From a virus: a DNA stretch of 32,000 bases. Location: IMG/VR virus record IMGVR_UViG_3300017971_000185, positions 327,683 to 359,682 of that record, one strand, 5' to 3'. The translations under genes and the position numbers were made by a program. How positions within the stretch are numbered: position 1 is the stretch's first letter; every line of letters begins with the position of its first letter. Shown one piece after another: positions 8,352 to 15,412 of this stretch. Below the pieces are notes generated by a model that ran no database searches, was not told the origin of the DNA, and saw nothing but the letters and a program-made list of their open reading frames with translations.

Positions 8352-8621
8352 ATGACCAAAACATGCCAAACGTGTAAATTTTGGAAGCATTCGATGGTGA
8401 AGAGAAAAAGCAAGCAAAGGACCCTGTACTTCTCCATTGGTTCTCAAAGCAAAGGACCCTGTACTTCTCCATTGGTTCTCAGAGGGTACGGGCACGCCGA
8501 ACCTCCCGAGAGAGGGCTTCTCGTGGAAAATGACGAAGAGTGGGGGCATCCTCACGGGGCCTTACTTCGGCTGTGTCAACCACGAAGAGTGATTATCGAG
8601 GCCAGGTGGCGAAGTTGGTAG
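8352..8621 (+). CDS. doubtful small CxxC ORF interrupted by a 2 x 35-bp tandem repeat
   Basis: MTKTCQTCKFWKH... start; the frame only stays open through the repeat, and its 3' end runs into tRNA-Leu(CAA). Confidence 0.25.
   Translation: MTKTCQTCKFWKHSMVKRKSKQRTLYFSIGSQSKGPCTSPLVLRGYGHAEPPERGLLVENDEEWGHPHGALLRLCQPRRVIIEARWRSW
8414..8483. repeat. tandem direct repeat, 2 x 35 bp (GCAAAGGACCCTGTACTTCTCCATTGGTTCTCAAA, 1 mismatch)
   Basis: Copies at 8414-8448 and 8449-8483, read directly from the sequence. Confidence 0.9.
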
Positions 8622-8686
8622 ACGCAGCGGATTCAAAATCCGCCGCCCTCACGGGCATGAGGGTTCGACTCCCTCCCTGGCTACCA
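8600..8686 (+). tRNA. tRNA-Leu(CAA), class II, CCA encoded
   Basis: Acceptor GGCCAGG/CCTGGCT (G1:U72), anticodon stem GCGGA/TCCGC, loop TTCAAAA, long variable arm, T arm GAGGG-TTCGACT-CCCTC. Confidence 0.85.
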
Positions 8687-8693
8687 CTCTGGT

Positions 8694-8727
8694 AGAATCG
8701 AGACATCATGGCAGTCAAGATGGACCC
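8694..8727. repeat. 34-bp dispersed direct repeat, copy 1 (AGAATCGAGACATCATGGCAGTCAAGATGGACCC)
   Basis: Second copy at 8902-8935 with 1 mismatch. Copy 1 is preceded by TGGTAGAAT (extended -10-like). Both copies contain ATGGCAGTCAAG (MAVK). Confidence 0.85.
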
Positions 8728-8968
8728 ACTTGGCCGGAGGATCATGAGGTTTTTTCGTCAGCTTGGATATGAGGACGGTACGCAGGTTGCATTGCACGCG
8801 GGGTTGCTGGGCTGCCTCGTGATTTGTGCGCTGTTCATAAATTACTGCGGTGCCAAGCCAACGACCGAAAACGATCCAGCTTCGCGGGCGCGTATTCGAC
8901 GAGAATCGAGACATCATGGCAGTCAAGACGGACCCGGCAATTTTTCGTTGCAAGACTATCCTGAGTAA
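8708..8968 (+). CDS. doubtful hypothetical ORF (possible membrane segment)
   Basis: Starts inside repeat copy 1, contains LLGCLVICALFINYCG, and its 3' end overlaps the convergent FmdB-like gene. Confidence 0.3.
   Translation: MAVKMDPLGRRIMRFFRQLGYEDGTQVALHAGLLGCLVICALFINYCGAKPTTENDPASRARIRRESRHHGSQDGPGNFSLQDYPE
8902..8935. repeat. 34-bp dispersed direct repeat, copy 2
   Basis: 33/34 identity to 8694-8727, 208 bp downstream. Confidence 0.85.
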
Positions 8969-9147
8969 CCGTCTTTTCCCCATCCAACGCCGCCAGGAGC
9001 CAACATGAAGTTGCTGACTCCCATAATTTGTTCCATCGTGCCCTTTGAGTCGCACGCGGCACACTTGGCCGGAGGAGGATCGTTCATCTTCTGGATTTCC
9101 TCGACTACGTGTCCGCATTTACGGCACTTGTAGACGTAGATGGGCAA
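8956..9147 (-). CDS. FmdB-family zinc-ribbon protein
   Basis: (M)PIYVYKCRKCGHVVEEIQKMNDPPPAKCAACDS..., typical CxxC-N-CxxC FmdB-type N-terminus; TTG start. Confidence 0.7.
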   Translation of the reverse strand: MPIYVYKCRKCGHVVEEIQKMNDPPPAKCAACDSKGTMEQIMGVSNFMLAPGGVGWGKDGYSG

Positions 9148-9167
9148 CGATCACACCATACCGAGAC

Positions 9168-9240
9168 GCGCAGGTACGCCAACGGTGAGCGGGCCGACTT
9201 AAAATCGGCTGTCCTGCGGGTTCGACTCCCGCCCTGCGTA
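9168..9240 (+). tRNA. atypical tRNA with anticodon TAA (Leu codon family) but a short variable loop; paralog of 6845-6920
   Basis: Acceptor GCGCAGG/CCTGCGT, anticodon stem GCCGA/TCGGC, loop CTTAAAA, 6-nt variable, T arm GCGGG-TTCGACT-CCCGC identical to 6845-6920, A73; 73 nt. Confidence 0.65.
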
Positions 9241-9287
9241 CTCCTTGTATACTTTCACCCGGATCTGGCGTAGATTGTCATGTCCAG

Positions 9288-10586
9288 ATGAGAGCGAGGA
9301 AGAAACTACGCGCAGCGCGAGCGCGAGCGCATTGGGAGAGGGTTTCCCAGGCCCGAGCGGAGCAGCGGGAGAAGTCTCGCGTGGAAACAGCAAAACGTGA
9401 TACTGCCATTCGCAAGGCTTTCGAAACTAAGTCAGATCGCGCGAAGGAGCTTCTCCTCAAGCACGACATTCTGGGTGAGTTTGGTGCGGCGCTTCTCAAG
9501 AAGGCTCCGAAGCTGGCGGACGAGCGGTACGCTTTTGGTCTTCGGTTTCTCAAGGCGCGTCAGCAATCGTGGGAACGTCCTCTGGAGGACTGGAAGCCCA
9601 AGGGGAAGGCCGCCGACACGCAGTTCCGATCGTTGGTACGGCATCTCATCGTGAAGTACTCGGTGCCGCAGTTTCTCTACTCCGTCTTCTGGGACGACAC
9701 TGACGGGTTGCGGCATCGGGGGTCGTTTTTGTTTTACTATCTCGCTCAGGGAGGTAGCCTGCGAAAGGCAGTCAAGCCGGACTTCTCCTATGAGCTTCGG
9801 GGTGAGTGGGTCCATGCGTATCGGCCGTTGTTGCCCGTGCCGCTCACGAAGCGGATGTGTCACACGTTCACGCAAAGCACGAGCGAGCACACGTTGGTGT
9901 CGGCTGTGCGTCATGCGCAGATCGAAGCGTTCGGCGGCGGCCAGCGGGTTGCGGAGCGAGTGTGCGCGACGCACCTAGGGCGAGATCTGGCTGGGGGGTC
10001 GTTGGCAGAGGAGTTTTGGCAGTCGGTTCTCCAGTGGGTGTGTAACCAGACGATGCTGGACCCGGCGCGGATCGGGAACATCGTGGATTGGGTTCGGCAC
10101 AGGCGGATGGAGGATGCAAACACATTCTCCATGAAGGGCCGTACTGCCGTCTCTGTGCTGCGTGAAGTCGAGCGATGGCACACGGACCTGGCTGCGCAAC
10201 GAGACGCTCTGAAGGGCATCTACGAGTCCTCAGGCATCAAGCCCTATCGTGGCGTGCGCAAGGTCAGGCTGCCGACAGGAGCAGATCACAAGGAGATCTG
10301 GACCATCACCGAGATCTTGAACGGTAAGGAGTTGCGCGAAGAGGGACGAGCCCACCGCCACTGTGTGGTGAGCTATGCGCGGAGCATCGAGGATGGCGGA
10401 ACGTCGATCTGGAGTCTTCAAGTAGATGGCGTGCGCAGGGTGACGATCGAGGTCAACAATCGCACGCGACAGATCGTACAAGCAGCCGGAAAGTTCAATC
10501 GCCGTGCGACTCCGGTTGAGAAGAAAACCATCGATCAGTGGGTAGCCAAGAACGGGCTTGCCAAGAACAAATGGCTGCGGTGGTAG
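9288..10586 (+). CDS. PcfJ-like protein (function unknown)
   Basis: C-terminal EGRAHRHCVVSYARSIEDGGTSIWSL...VNNRTRQIVQAAGKFNR resembles the PcfJ-like domain signature as I recall it. Confidence 0.55.
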   Translation: MRARKKLRAARARAHWERVSQARAEQREKSRVETAKRDTAIRKAFETKSDRAKELLLKHDILGEFGAALLKKAPKLADERYAFGLRFLKARQQSWERPLEDWKPKGKAADTQFRSLVRHLIVKYSVPQFLYSVFWDDTDGLRHRGSFLFYYLAQGGSLRKAVKPDFSYELRGEWVHAYRPLLPVPLTKRMCHTFTQSTSEHTLVSAVRHAQIEAFGGGQRVAERVCATHLGRDLAGGSLAEEFWQSVLQWVCNQTMLDPARIGNIVDWVRHRRMEDANTFSMKGRTAVSVLREVERWHTDLAAQRDALKGIYESSGIKPYRGVRKVRLPTGADHKEIWTITEILNGKELREEGRAHRHCVVSYARSIEDGGTSIWSLQVDGVRRVTIEVNNRTRQIVQAAGKFNRRATPVEKKTIDQWVAKNGLAKNKWLRW

Positions 10587-10625
10587 CTTGTCTATCCTGG
10601 CGGATAAGTCAGGAGGCCCCGTGGA

Positions 10626-10970
10626 TTGCTCGGACGACACGCCATTATCGACGGCAACGGCGCAGACGCCGCGTTGCTCGATGATCCAGGGCGCCTTGAG
10701 GCGCTCCTGAAGGCTGCTGTCGAGGAGACCGGGGCGACCGTCCTGAGTTGTCACAGTCACCAATTCGAGCCCCAGGGCGTGACTGTCGCGATTATCCTGG
10801 CCGAGAGCCACGCGACCATCCACACGTATCCCGAGCACGGCTGCTACATGGCCGACGTGTTCACTTGCGGGAGCCTCGATCCGACCGCCGCTGTCGAAAT
10901 CCTGAAAACCTCATTTGGCGGGGACGCCCGTGTTCTCCAGCTATCGCGAGGAGTGACTTCCAATGATTAG
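10626..10970 (+). CDS. speH: pyruvoyl-dependent S-adenosylmethionine decarboxylase proenzyme (small class 1 type)
   Basis: LAESHATIHTYPE self-cleavage/active-site motif, GRH..IDG.G N-terminus, DVFTCG; TTG start. Confidence 0.8.
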   Translation: MLGRHAIIDGNGADAALLDDPGRLEALLKAAVEETGATVLSCHSHQFEPQGVTVAIILAESHATIHTYPEHGCYMADVFTCGSLDPTAAVEILKTSFGGDARVLQLSRGVTSND

Positions 10971-10984
10971 TGCGGGGCTCGGAT

Positions 10985-11007
10985 GTAGCTAGGGCGACTG
11001 TAGCTAC
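10985..11007. terminator. hairpin between convergent genes (GTAGCTA-N9-TAGCTAC)
   Basis: 7-bp perfect stem between the speH-like stop (10970) and the minus-strand stop (11004), followed by GTTTGCTTCTC. Confidence 0.4.
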
Positions 11008-11561
11008 GTTTGCTTCTCTGTACCATGGTTGAATTTTGATTCGTGTTCGGCGTGTTCGAATGAGAGAACAGTGTGGTCGTGCAGGAAAGCGATTTCTTCG
11101 CCTGTTAGTGGCCGGACAACGACTCGCGGGCCGTACACGGTTAGCGTATTCTTGCGGTCGGGGACATGAGCCAGGATCTCTCTAGAGCGTAGATGATTCC
11201 ACATCATGTCGTAGCCGCAAGCACTCCCGTCTGTGTTTTTGCCGAGATAGATGATGATCTCAGCGTCGGCCAGGATATCCACGATGCCGCATCTCCAGTT
11301 GACGATCCAAGACGCGAGCACTACCTTTGCTCGTTCGGTCAGGTTGTGGAAGTAGGACTGAAGACCTTGAACACGAGAGTCAGGAGAGTCGGGCAGCGGG
11401 TGTCTGTCCACCGCGATGACTCTGTGTGCGCCGAGGTCAACAAGAGTCAGGGCCATTTTCAGGTCGCCTGCGCCCAAGTCCATTACGGTCTGGCCATGGA
11501 CGAATCTTCGCACCACGCGGGCTTGGGGGCTGGATAGGGGGCTGGATAGGCGTCCGCTCAT
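11004..11561 (-). CDS. class I SAM-dependent methyltransferase
   Basis: Motif I VMDLGAGDL; start taken at ATG 11561, just after the upstream stop at 11569. Confidence 0.65.
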   Translation of the reverse strand: MSGRLSSPLSSPQARVVRRFVHGQTVMDLGAGDLKMALTLVDLGAHRVIAVDRHPLPDSPDSRVQGLQSYFHNLTERAKVVLASWIVNWRCGIVDILADAEIIIYLGKNTDGSACGYDMMWNHLRSREILAHVPDRKNTLTVYGPRVVVRPLTGEEIAFLHDHTVLSFEHAEHESKFNHGTEKQT

Positions 11562-11568
11562 GTAAGGC

Positions 11569-11931
11569 TCAGGTCCACCTGTCGTCGCCCGGCGGGAGGG
11601 ATTCGAGCCATTTCGTAGCATCGCACGGGGATACTTGTGGGAGCCCAAGCGCTTCTTTGTGGTGTACGAAGGTGCCATCCTGTCCTAGCGTGGCCTGCCC
11701 CCGCTCGACGCACCTGGCACACATCGTGCGGGCGACTTCGTGGGCTATTCGGTCTGCGAAACGTTCGGCAGCATCACAGTCTCCCTTGTTCCACACGGCT
11801 CGGTTGTTTTGCATCATGCCTCCGCGAAGGAACGCGATCACTTCGCGAATGCCGTCGAGCCTACCTGTCTTGTACACGTCGCGAAGATGCTGATCTGCGA
11901 AGGCAGCGTCTATGTCGATGTGCGGTTTCAT
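11569..11931 (-). CDS. hypothetical protein
   Basis: ATG 11931 preceded by GGGGGA; the ORF portion upstream of it has poor GC3. Confidence 0.55.
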   Translation of the reverse strand: MKPHIDIDAAFADQHLRDVYKTGRLDGIREVIAFLRGGMMQNNRAVWNKGDCDAAERFADRIAHEVARTMCARCVERGQATLGQDGTFVHHKEALGLPQVSPCDATKWLESLPPGDDRWT

Positions 11932-12137
11932 TGCATCCCCCTTTCTCGTTCGGCTGCTTCCAAAATGGAAGCCATGGCTCCCGAATACGGACCTGATATC
12001 CTGTATCTGAACATGGTGCAGTTGTTGGGATCGTTCGGTTGCCGGAAGGCTTTGCGAGCATTCGCGCACAAGTTGTTCGAAGTCGTTACGCGCTCCCGAA
12101 TCTGTAGGATATCCAGCAGCCGTCTGAGTCTGACCAA
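11928..12137 (-). CDS. small hypothetical ORF
   Basis: Stop overlaps the next start as ATGA (11928-11931); moderate GC3; start uncertain. Confidence 0.35.
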   Translation of the reverse strand: MVRLRRLLDILQIRERVTTSNNLCANARKAFRQPNDPNNCTMFRYRISGPYSGAMASILEAAERERGMQ

Positions 12138-12266
12138 AAGAAGCCAAGCCCCTCAACAGCAGCAATGTCTTCTTCGGCCATCTGTTCCTTGGCTAGTCAG
12201 GTGCGAGAGATCATGGCGAGTAGCTGCCTGTTTGTTCGTACCATTGTCTCGCATTCCCAGTTGGCC

Positions 12267-12944
12267 CTAGTACCTGTAATTCTTGTGTGGCTTGCGAACG
12301 CGCACGAGCCATTCGGAGTTGTTCTTCTCGTTCACGCCAGGCTTGAGAAGGCCGCCGGGGTCTTTGAGAACGAGACCTTCGATCTCATCCATGTCAACGA
12401 GCCGGTTGAAAAGCTCGCCTGCCTCATCGGCGTTGGCGGGAGTGAAGGTTTCAGCCAGCCAGACGTTCTGTGCGGCTACCAGAGCGACTTTCCGGCCCGT
12501 GTCCTCTTCGTACTTGGTCGGGTTCCCGAGCGTTTCTCGGAGCCGTGAGAGCCTCTCCTGGTAGGCCGTGCCCGTCAGGTAGCTCCCGTTGTGAACGAGG
12601 ATGTCCCAGAGCACGATCCGGTCTTTGAGGCTGACCGTTTTAGAGTGCAGGATTTCGCCATCGAATACCTGCCACTTTCCGCGCTCCAGGAGGTCGCTGT
12701 CAAGCAGAGACTTGAGTGCTTGATGCGTCTCCGGGTGCTCGTGAATCAGGTAGAGTTTGTGTTCCTCGCGGTGGCGGCTGCGAAGATGCACTTCGCCATC
12801 TGGATCGAGGAAGATAGTCGTGCGTGTCCCATTGAATTTGAATTGGGCCAGCCAGCCTGGAAATTTCCCCAAGTCGCGGGGGTGGACGGAGCCCTCCGGT
12901 CGTGGGGGCCACATCACAAACATCTTCTTGTATGGGATGCTCAT
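12267..12944 (-). CDS. minimal ATP-dependent polynucleotide ligase (nucleotidyltransferase domain only; DNA or RNA substrate unresolved)
   Basis: Motif I KFNGTR, III FDGEIL, IV EGLVLKD, V VRVRKPHK; only 225 aa, with no room for an OB domain. Confidence 0.7.
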   Translation of the reverse strand: MSIPYKKMFVMWPPRPEGSVHPRDLGKFPGWLAQFKFNGTRTTIFLDPDGEVHLRSRHREEHKLYLIHEHPETHQALKSLLDSDLLERGKWQVFDGEILHSKTVSLKDRIVLWDILVHNGSYLTGTAYQERLSRLRETLGNPTKYEEDTGRKVALVAAQNVWLAETFTPANADEAGELFNRLVDMDEIEGLVLKDPGGLLKPGVNEKNNSEWLVRVRKPHKNYRY

Positions 12945-13267
12945 GTGGATTGCTTGGAAGGATACCAGCCGCCGCGCGCCAGCGTCTTGAGCCGTTCCTC
13001 ACGGATGGGTTTGCAGAGCCAGTGGTCGCACTCGCGCTTTTGGTGCGAACGGCACCCGAAGATCTGGTGAAGGTGCTCCTCGATGTCGGGATACTGTCGA
13101 GTCTTGTCGCCCTCGCTCACGCGAATGGCAAGGGCAGTCTCGATGTCCCCGTCGCGGAGGCACTGGATGATGTCGGAGATGCAAGAACGCCCGCCACCGT
13201 GAAACTCATCCATTCGCTGTAGCTCAGCGATTTGCTCCTCGGAGACGGGATATCTTGGCTTGTGCAT
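12941..13267 (-). CDS. hypothetical protein
   Basis: ATG 13267; stop overlaps the ligase start (ATGA). Confidence 0.6.
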   Translation of the reverse strand: MHKPRYPVSEEQIAELQRMDEFHGGGRSCISDIIQCLRDGDIETALAIRVSEGDKTRQYPDIEEHLHQIFGCRSHQKRECDHWLCKPIREERLKTLARGGWYPSKQST

Positions 13268-13292
13268 CGTGCTTTTCAGAGAATGGAGAGCG

Positions 13293-13330
13293 CCCCGGTC
13301 CTCCCGAAAACTGAAGCGAGAGGACCGGGG
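13293..13330 (-). terminator. 11-bp perfect hairpin (CCCCGGTCCTC / GAGGACCGGGG) between two same-strand genes
   Basis: Lies 18 nt downstream of the 13348 stop on the minus strand; weak U tract, so it may be an attenuator or processing site. Confidence 0.45.
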
Positions 13331-13347
13331 CAGGAGATGACCACCCT

Positions 13348-14172
13348 CTAACCCTTGCCCTGCAACGTCGCCATCGAGGTTTCGTTGATCAGGGCGAAAC
13401 ACTCGTCGGGATCCTTGCCGCCAAGGTCCGCCTTCTTGACTTGCGGCACGGGCTTCAGAATCTCCATGATGGCCTGGATCTTCTCGGCAAGCTCACCGTC
13501 CGCCTCGCACTCCTCCGCGATGCCGGGGAGAGCCTCCATGATGCCATCCTTGGCCGTGACCTTGGGACGGAAGATCTGCCCCACGTGCTCGGAGGCTCCG
13601 TCCTTGACCTTGACCTTGGAGAGATCGGCGCCGCACTGGCTGCAAAACTTCACGTTGCCCATCTTGGTGTCGCACTTGGGGCACATCTTGTGGCCGCCAA
13701 CGAGATTCTGGATGGCTTCCTGAAGGTCATCCATGTAGCCCAGAGTCTTCACGGCGTCCATGTCGATCTCGATGCCGGAAGTCTCGATGTACTCGGAGAG
13801 ATCGGCTCCGATCATCTCCAGCGCCTCTTGCTTCTCGGCCGTGACCGTGATCCGCCGAGTCATGGTGTACTGGAAGGTGCTCTCGTTGCCGCTGCAATTG
13901 CACATGTCGGGGCGCTTGCCCGTCTCTGCAAACTGCTCGCACCACCACTGGAGCAAGTGAGCCTTGACGCGCTTCTCGGCAAGCTCACCCTTCTTCTTGA
14001 GATCGTCCTTGATCACCTTGTACGCCATCGCAATGTCAGCGACTTGGCGTAGCTCCTTGGGAAGATCAACTTCCGCGCGGACCTTGGCGCTCTTGCCCTT
14101 GGATTTGGTCTGGGCTGCCTTTCCTCCGAAGAGGCCATCGACGGCGGCAGCGGTAGCTTTCTTCTTTGCCAT
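13348..14172 (-). CDS. hypothetical protein with internal zinc ribbon
   Basis: 274 aa, Lys-rich N-terminus, CPKCDTKMGNVKFCSQCG. Confidence 0.7.
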   Translation of the reverse strand: MAKKKATAAAVDGLFGGKAAQTKSKGKSAKVRAEVDLPKELRQVADIAMAYKVIKDDLKKKGELAEKRVKAHLLQWWCEQFAETGKRPDMCNCSGNESTFQYTMTRRITVTAEKQEALEMIGADLSEYIETSGIEIDMDAVKTLGYMDDLQEAIQNLVGGHKMCPKCDTKMGNVKFCSQCGADLSKVKVKDGASEHVGQIFRPKVTAKDGIMEALPGIAEECEADGELAEKIQAIMEILKPVPQVKKADLGGKDPDECFALINETSMATLQGKG

Positions 14173-14306
14173 GTGGTCTTTTCTCCTCTAGAGGCTCTAC
14201 GCGAGAATGGCCCGATAGTATACTTTTGGGGGTAAGGTACTTGAAAAGATTGGGGTTTTTCGAGCGCTTTGCTGACGCTCGATCCTTTTGGCGTAGGATA
14301 GGACAC

Positions 14307-14561
14307 ATGGCCGGTGGAGGAATCCCAGTCCAGTATCTCATTCCCGAGCGCTACGTGGAGACCAAGGTTTGCCGCTGCGCTGACCATCCCGACGCTCGCG
14401 CTTCCTTATTTGAGATTGCCTTCCGTGTCGCGTGTCCTGTGTGCGGCAAACCAATGGAGCGGATCTCCAAGTGGATTGATGCCTGGACCTTAACTCTGGA
14501 GCCTGGTTGGACCGGAGACCCGCACCCTCCGAAGGGTGCCGTCTCTATTAAAGGAAGCTGA
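14307..14561 (+). CDS. hypothetical small Cys-containing protein
   Basis: AGGA then ATG 14307; CRC...CPVCG; divergent from the 13348-14172 gene. Confidence 0.5.
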   Translation: MAGGGIPVQYLIPERYVETKVCRCADHPDARASLFEIAFRVACPVCGKPMERISKWIDAWTLTLEPGWTGDPHPPKGAVSIKGS

Positions 14562-14723
14562 GCCCGTGGCTCGCACTACCGCCGGTAGTGTGGGGCATGT
14601 CGGCAAACAGCGATCACGTGGTGGGATTGGTACAACGCCAACCAGGCCAGCTATCGGTGGGAGGTCATCAAGGAGGCGGAGTTTCCCGCAAACATGCGCG
14701 CGCGAGCGTGATCCAATTTCTGC

Positions 14724-14752
14724 TTGACTTCCAGCAGGAAGAGGCGTACACC
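14724..14752 (+). promoter_or_regulatory. sigma70-like promoter TTGACT-N17-TACACC upstream of the Thr tRNA block
   Basis: GCTTGACT context identical to the 5594 copy; about 220-nt leader before tRNA-Thr(TGT). Confidence 0.4.
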
Positions 14753-14974
14753 CGTTCTAGTCGCTCCCCTTGGCAGGACAGCGACGGAAACATTCACGCC
14801 ATGACGAAACGCACCACAACAACAGCTATGCTCAGTGCCCGAGTGGCCCTGCATGGCTTTGTACGTCCAAATATGGACGATACGACCCCGTGTTGAGCGT
14901 TTCCCCGGCGTGAACCAAGACAAAGAGACAAAGCGCCGGGGGCCGCCGGTACGGGCAGGGCTGCCTAGCCGAAC

Positions 14975-15046
14975 GCTAGCGTAGCTCAACGGTAGAGCAG
15001 AGCACTTGTAATGCTCAGGTTGTCGGTTCAAATCCGACCGCTAGCT
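14975..15046 (+). tRNA. tRNA-Thr(TGT)
   Basis: Acceptor GCTAGCG/CGCTAGC, anticodon loop CTTGTAA, T arm GTCGG-TTCAAAT-CCGAC. Confidence 0.9.
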
Positions 15047-15059
15047 CAGAAAGGAGAAC

Positions 15060-15132
15060 GCCGCTGAAGCACAACAGGTCGTGCGTCTGATTCGTAATCA
15101 GGAGGTAGAGGGTTCGAGTCCCTCCGGCGGCT
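15060..15132 (+). tRNA. tRNA-Thr(CGT)
   Basis: Acceptor GCCGCTG/CGGCGGC, anticodon loop TTCGTAA, T arm GAGGG-TTCGAGT-CCCTC. Confidence 0.9.
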
Positions 15133-15144
15133 CAAGTTGAAATT

Positions 15145-15217
15145 GCCGATGTAGCTAAGTGGGAAGGCGCCGCCTTGGTACGGCGGAGATTCGTGGGTTC
15201 GATTCCCACCATCGGCT
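15145..15217 (+). tRNA. tRNA-Thr(GGT)
   Basis: Acceptor GCCGATG/CATCGGC, anticodon stem CCGCC/GGCGG, loop TTGGTAC, T arm GTGGG-TTCGATT-CCCAC. Confidence 0.88.
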
Positions 15218-15218
15218 C

Positions 15219-15368
15219 TGGGAGACACAGGATCTCGTTTCGAGGTCACAAGCACGGTAAGACGCAGCATTCATAACGCTGAGACTGTGGGTTCAATCCC
15301 CACCCCCGCTTTCATGGCGGGGTAGTCAAATCGCAAGAACACCTGACACACTCTCCTGTGTCCTCCCG
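15219..15368 (+). ncRNA. circularly permuted tRNA(CAU)-like module closed by a long helix with a bulged C (Y-RNA/YrlA-like candidate A)
   Basis: Order: D-3' half GGTAA-GAC, anticodon-like arm (loop TTCATAA), T arm GTGGG-TTCAATC-CCCAC, CCCCGCT, 5-nt loop, GGCGGGG, TA, D-5' half GTC-AAAT. Flanks 15220-15232 and 15354-15367 pair (13 bp plus 1 bulged C). Confidence 0.6.
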
Positions 15369-15412
15369 ACCCTTCCAGACTTCAACCCGCAACCCGAAAG
15401 GAGGACAATCTG

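Noticed and set aside
8414-8483. Possible CRISPR array
   Set aside because: There are only two directly abutting 35-bp copies, no spacers, and no cas genes in the window. It is a simple tandem duplication.
6747-8686. Interpretation as a bacterial chromosomal tRNA-tufB operon
   Set aside because: There are no flanking secE/nusG/ribosomal-protein genes. The EF-Tu is divergent. The neighbours are HNH endonucleases, orphan ORFs and phage-style coupled genes.
11932-12165. N-terminal extension of ORF 11569-12165
   Set aside because: GC3 is poor (about 50%), and ATG 11931 has a good GGGGGA SD. The overlapping frame 11928-12137, coupled by ATGA, is the better though still weak candidate.
14562-14974. 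About 410-nt gap before the Thr tRNAs as tmRNA or RNase P RNA, and ORF 14588-14896 as a gene
   Set aside because: There is no T-arm or acceptor mimic, and none of the RNase P conserved boxes I can recall. The ORF has mediocre GC3 and contains the promoter-like TTGACT-N17-TACACC. I left it as an unassigned leader.
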